A stretch of 64,000 nt of DNA from Nitrosopumilus sp. (GTDB lineage Archaea > Thermoproteota > Nitrososphaeria > Nitrososphaerales > Nitrosopumilaceae), in contig OZ244732.1 in NCBI GenBank assembly GCA_965219345.1, forward strand, positions 1,248,001 to 1,312,000, given 5' to 3'. Positions 59,594-64,000 of this stretch are shown here, one piece after another (the stretch's first letter is position 1; every line of letters begins with the position of its first letter). A program made the translations under genes and the position numbers. The notes under the pieces were generated by a model. It saw only the letters and a list, made by a program, of their open reading frames with translations. It was not told the origin of the DNA and ran no database searches.

Positions 59594-60787
59594 ATGAGTA
59601 TGGCCCCACAAGAATTAGAAAACACTGCTAGTAAATATGCCTCTGAGGCTATCAAATTTGACTCTCAGGGAGCGCGTGGAATGGCAATTTCACATTATCA
59701 GCAGGCTATTGATGCCCTTGTAAAATTATTGCAACTTTACCCTCATAGCAAACTGAACCAAATTTACAAAGAAAGATGTAACTCTTATCATAATAGAATT
59801 CAGGCATTACAACAGGCTGGTGGCGTAGAACCTGCAGTTGATCCAAAAGCATCAGAAAAAGATCAAAAGTCGTCTGTGCAAAGACAAGAAACAGAAAATG
59901 ACTTTGAAGATCTTGTAATGAAAGAAAAACCAGATGTTACCTGGGCCCAAGTAATTGGTTTAGAAGATGCTAAAAATGCATTACGTGAATCAATCATATA
60001 TCCTGCTAAAAGGCCTGATTTGTTTCCTCTTGGATGGCCAAAAGGAATGTTACTTTACGGACCTCCTGGTACCGGAAAAACAATGCTTGCAGCTGCTACT
60101 GCAAATGAGATGGATGGTTACTTTATCAATGTAGATGCATCATCTATGATGAGTAAATGGTTGGGTGAGGCAGAAAAGAATGTTTCAAAATTATTTGATA
60201 TGGCAAGACATTATGCTGAAAAAGAAGGTAAACCAGTTATTTTGTTTGTAGATGAAGTTGACTCTTTATTAGGTTCTAGAAATAGTGAAGTCGGCGGGGA
60301 AGTAAGAACTAAAAATCAATTCCTAACAGAGATGGATGGTGTTAATGGTAAGGGAAAAGATTTGATGCTTTATGTGATTGGAGCAACAAACAAACCTTGG
60401 AGTCTTGATTGGCCTTTCCTACGAAGATTCCAAAAGAGAATCTATGTATCACTGCCAACACTAGAAGCTAGAGAACATCTGTTTAGGGAGTATACTGAAC
60501 CCCTAAGAAAAAGTCTTAAAGTAAATCCAACTGAATTAGCAAAATTATTTGATGGATACAGTGCAAGTGACATCAAAGATATCTGTCAAGCAGCACAAAT
60601 TAAAACAGTTCACGAAATATTCAAGTCTCCAGACTATCACGAACCTGTAGAAGGTGAAGAACCTGTACAGCCAAGAGATCTTACTCCCTCTGATTTTAAG
60701 GAAATCATGGCAAGAAGAAAACCAAGTGTTTCAACTGAAATGATTCGCGCCTATCACAAATGGAGCGAAGAGTTCAAAGCACTCTGA
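59594..60787 (+). CDS. cdvC: Vps4-like AAA+ ATPase (cell division protein CdvC)
   Basis: N-terminal MIT domain; GPPGTGKT, FVDEVD, SKWLGE and RRFQKRI motifs. Confidence 0.92.
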   Translation: MSMAPQELENTASKYASEAIKFDSQGARGMAISHYQQAIDALVKLLQLYPHSKLNQIYKERCNSYHNRIQALQQAGGVEPAVDPKASEKDQKSSVQRQETENDFEDLVMKEKPDVTWAQVIGLEDAKNALRESIIYPAKRPDLFPLGWPKGMLLYGPPGTGKTMLAAATANEMDGYFINVDASSMMSKWLGEAEKNVSKLFDMARHYAEKEGKPVILFVDEVDSLLGSRNSEVGGEVRTKNQFLTEMDGVNGKGKDLMLYVIGATNKPWSLDWPFLRRFQKRIYVSLPTLEAREHLFREYTEPLRKSLKVNPTELAKLFDGYSASDIKDICQAAQIKTVHEIFKSPDYHEPVEGEEPVQPRDLTPSDFKEIMARRKPSVSTEMIRAYHKWSEEFKAL

Positions 60788-60878
60788 TCATACATTTTCG
60801 TGCGATCAATATTTTTCATTCCTTTATGTCTCACACAAAACTTAAATTAATATTAATTCGGACTCAACGAGGGTAACA

Positions 60879-62018
60879 ATAACTACCAAAAAATCTAACC
60901 ACGCAAAAAAGTTTGGAAAGCTGGTTTTTGATGATGGCACTGTTCTTGATGGTGAAGGTTTTGGTTATTCTACAACTGTTTTTGGTGAAATTGTCTTTAA
61001 CACTGGAATGGTTGGTTATACTGAAGCACTTACAGATCCATCATACAATGGCCAAATTCTTACACTAACATATCCGCTAGTTGGAAATTATGGTGTTCCT
61101 GATCCCTCTATAAAAGACGATGATGGTATTCCAAAATTCTTTGAATCTGATAAAATGCAAATTCGAGGACTAGTAGTCCATGAATTATCATTAACTGCAA
61201 GTCATTGGAATCTCTCAATGACATTAGATGAGTGGATGTACAACGAAAGGGTACCTGGAATTTCAGGAATTGACACCCGTGAACTAACAAAGAAACTTCG
61301 AACAGGCGGTGTTATGATGGCAGCTCTTGTGGTCTCTGATTCTGAAATTGATGTTGAGCAAGTCAAAAAAGAACTTGCATCAGCTGTTCATTATGACTCT
61401 GAGCAATTCATGGATGTAGTATCTACAAAACAAGAACGAGTTTATGGTGCAGGTGACAAATCAGTTGTTGTAATTGATACTGGCGCAAAAAATGCAATTT
61501 TAAGAAATATTCGTGAACTTGGATACAAGGCAATTTTACTTCCTTGGAATACAACTTATGAAAAGGTAATGTCTTACAACCCTAAAGGAGTTATACTTAG
61601 TAGTGGTCCTGGTGATCCTCAAAAATGTCCAGACACAATTGATACTGCTAAAAAATTAATTGAAAATAATATCCCTACATTGGGAATTTGTTTAGGAGCA
61701 CAAATTATTGGTATTGCAGGAAATACTGAGACTTACAAACTTAAGTATGGACATCGAGGACAGAACAAACCTTGTGTTAATTTAGAAAATAACCAAATCT
61801 ATGTTACTAGTCAGAACCATGGATATGGAATTACTCCAGAATCTTTGGAAAAATCTGAATTTAATTTATGGTTTACAAATGCAGACGACAAAACAGTTGA
61901 AGGAATAAAACACAAAAAACAAAATTGTGTTGCAGTACAGTTTCATCCAGAAGCTGCACCAGGTCCTTTTGATTGCAAGTTCATCTTTGAAGAGCTAAAA
62001 CACCTAATGGAGAAATGA
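60879..62018 (+). CDS. carA: Carbamoyl-phosphate synthase small subunit (probable non-ATG start)
   Basis: GICLG and QFHPE motifs; conserved KLVFDDGTVLDGEGFG...GEIVFNTG lies upstream of the first ATG. Confidence 0.93.
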   Translation: MTTKKSNHAKKFGKLVFDDGTVLDGEGFGYSTTVFGEIVFNTGMVGYTEALTDPSYNGQILTLTYPLVGNYGVPDPSIKDDDGIPKFFESDKMQIRGLVVHELSLTASHWNLSMTLDEWMYNERVPGISGIDTRELTKKLRTGGVMMAALVVSDSEIDVEQVKKELASAVHYDSEQFMDVVSTKQERVYGAGDKSVVVIDTGAKNAILRNIRELGYKAILLPWNTTYEKVMSYNPKGVILSSGPGDPQKCPDTIDTAKKLIENNIPTLGICLGAQIIGIAGNTETYKLKYGHRGQNKPCVNLENNQIYVTSQNHGYGITPESLEKSEFNLWFTNADDKTVEGIKHKKQNCVAVQFHPEAAPGPFDCKFIFEELKHLMEK

Positions 62019-62022
62019 ACAA

Positions 62023-64000
62023 ATGCCAAAGAATGAATCGCTAAAGAAAATTCTTGTACTGGGAAGTGGCGCAATTAAAATCGGAGAAGCTGGTGAATTT
62101 GATTACTCTGGAAGTCAATGTCTTAAAGCAATACATGAAGATGGATTGAACAGTGTTTTAATAAATCCAAACATTGCAACAATTCAGACAGACACTAGAT
62201 TTGCAGATCAGGTGTATCTTCTTCCTGTAAACCAAGAGTATGTAGAATCAATTATCGAAAAAGAAAGGCCAGATGGAATTATGTTAGCATATGGTGGACA
62301 AACTGCACTGAATTGTGGTGTTAAGCTAGAGGAATCTGGTATTTTGCAAAAATACGGAGTAAATGTACTTGGAACTCAAATTTCTGGAATTCAAAAGACC
62401 GAAGACAGGCAGCTTTTCAAGAATTCTATGAAGGAATCAGGCGTACCTGTACTGAAAAGCGAGACTGTTACTAACTTTGAGGATGCCAAAAAGGTAGCAA
62501 TAGATCTGTGCTATCCTGTCATAATTCGAGTAGCCTATACTTTAGGTGGACGCGGAGGAGGAGTCGCCCATAATGAAATTGAACTTTATGAGATAGTTGA
62601 ACGAGGTCTTAAAGCAAGTATTGTTGGCCAAGTTTTAATTGAAGAATACATTGGACACTGGAAACAAATCGAGTATGAAGTAATGCAGGACTATGATGGT
62701 AACAACGTAATTGTCTGCAACATGGAAAATGTTCTTTCTATGAAAGCCCACACTGGTGATAATATTGTAGTTGCTCCATCACAAACTATTGATAATCATG
62801 AATATCACACGCTACGTTCTACAGCATTGCGTGCAACAAAACATGTTGGGATTGTAGGTGAATGTAATATTCAATATGCACTTGAACCAAACTCAGATAG
62901 GTATGTCGCAATTGAAATTAATCCACGACTTTCACGTTCTTCTGCTCTTGCAAGCAAAGCAACAGGATATCCACTTGCATACATGTCTGCCAAAATTGGG
63001 TTAGGATACAACTTGTCAGAACTAGCTAATAGAATTACAAAAAGTACCACTGCGTGCTTTGAGCCATCACTTGATTATATTGTATGCAAACATCCTCGAT
63101 GGGACTTTGAGAAGTTTGAACTAGTAAACCGAAAACTTGGACCTGCAATGAAATCAGTAGGAGAAGTAATGGCAGTAGGTAGAACCTTTGAGGAATCACT
63201 TCAAAAATCAATCCGAATGTTGGATATTGGAAACGATGGTCTAGTTCTTAATCGTGTAAATGGGAAAACCTACACTGAAGAAGAAATTGAAAGTAAACTC
63301 ACTCATCATGATGATCATATTTTGTACAATGTTGCAATTGCATTGAAGATGGGAATTTCAGTTGAGAAAATTTACAAACTCTCTACAATTGATCCGTGGT
63401 TTATTGAAAAGATAAAAAATATCATAAATATAGAATCAAAATTAAAAGACTCTGAACTGGGAGAATCACTTCTTTGGGAAGCCAAAAAAATGGGCTTTTC
63501 AGATAAGCAAATTGCTCGTGCCAAAGATAAAACGCCTGATGAAGTGCGTGATTTACGAAAGAAATTGGGTGTTTTACCCTCTGTAAAGCAGATTGATACT
63601 CTTGCAGCAGAATGGCCTGCAGTTACAAATTACCTCTATCTAACGTATGGTGGTCATTCTCATGACATTGAGATTCCTTCTGATGAAAAAGGAATTGTTG
63701 TACTGGGAGCTGGACCATATAGAATTGGAAGTAGCGTGGAATTTGATTGGGGTACAGTCAACATGGTTTGGGGTCTACAAGAAAATGGTGAAAAAAATAT
63801 CTCTGTGGTGAATTGCAATCCAGAAACAGTATCTACTGATTATGATATTTGTACTCGATTATACTTTGAGGAATTAACACAGGAAAGGATTCTAGATATC
63901 AGTGAATTTGAAAATCCTAAAGGAATTGTTACTTGTGTTGGAGGACAGACTGCAAATAATCTAACTCCTGGTCTTGCTAAACATGGTGTTAACATCTTAG
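62023..64000 (+). CDS. carB: Carbamoyl-phosphate synthase large subunit (runs off window)
   Basis: GSGAIKIGEAGEFDYSG, EINPRLSRSSALASKATGYP and GSSVEFDW motifs. Confidence 0.97.
   Translation, partial: MPKNESLKKILVLGSGAIKIGEAGEFDYSGSQCLKAIHEDGLNSVLINPNIATIQTDTRFADQVYLLPVNQEYVESIIEKERPDGIMLAYGGQTALNCGVKLEESGILQKYGVNVLGTQISGIQKTEDRQLFKNSMKESGVPVLKSETVTNFEDAKKVAIDLCYPVIIRVAYTLGGRGGGVAHNEIELYEIVERGLKASIVGQVLIEEYIGHWKQIEYEVMQDYDGNNVIVCNMENVLSMKAHTGDNIVVAPSQTIDNHEYHTLRSTALRATKHVGIVGECNIQYALEPNSDRYVAIEINPRLSRSSALASKATGYPLAYMSAKIGLGYNLSELANRITKSTTACFEPSLDYIVCKHPRWDFEKFELVNRKLGPAMKSVGEVMAVGRTFEESLQKSIRMLDIGNDGLVLNRVNGKTYTEEEIESKLTHHDDHILYNVAIALKMGISVEKIYKLSTIDPWFIEKIKNIINIESKLKDSELGESLLWEAKKMGFSDKQIARAKDKTPDEVRDLRKKLGVLPSVKQIDTLAAEWPAVTNYLYLTYGGHSHDIEIPSDEKGIVVLGAGPYRIGSSVEFDWGTVNMVWGLQENGEKNISVVNCNPETVSTDYDICTRLYFEELTQERILDISEFENPKGIVTCVGGQTANNLTPGLAKHGVNIL

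Overview
AT-rich archaeal DNA that reads as a Nitrosopumilus-like ammonia-oxidising archaeon (Nitrososphaeria/Thaumarchaeota). The many pseudogenes and IS elements suggest an eroding, possibly host-associated lineage (inference). Right half (~32.6-64 kb): core genome, with rpl40e, sucCD, Dps-like ferritin, ileS, purD/purN/folD, Fe-ADH + LLM oxidoreductase, a Met-rich blue-copper protein, citrate synthase, a DUF3179 gene split by an intact ISH3-type IS, TrmB, a broken ESCRT-III/CdvB-like gene, Vps4/CdvC and carAB. Left half (~1-32.5 kb): a layered integration hotspot anchored on an intron-containing tRNA-Val(CAC) with an adjacent tyrosine integrase and a degenerate tRNA copy ~28.7 kb away. The island holds a pilin-like/large surface protein module plus decayed relics of a second copy, two Fic genes, TA systems, IS5/IS6/IS630 pieces, an Mrr_N mosaic protein and a run of genes joined at ATGAAAA stop/start junctions. 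The most unusual signal: three unrelated genes are each interrupted by the same lesion, a ~30-37 bp duplication of the gene's own sequence flanking a unique ~34-36 bp insert. These are single repeat-spacer-repeat units with CRISPR-acquisition geometry, but there is no array or cas gene in the window. All family assignments come from motif recognition by eye; no searches were run.
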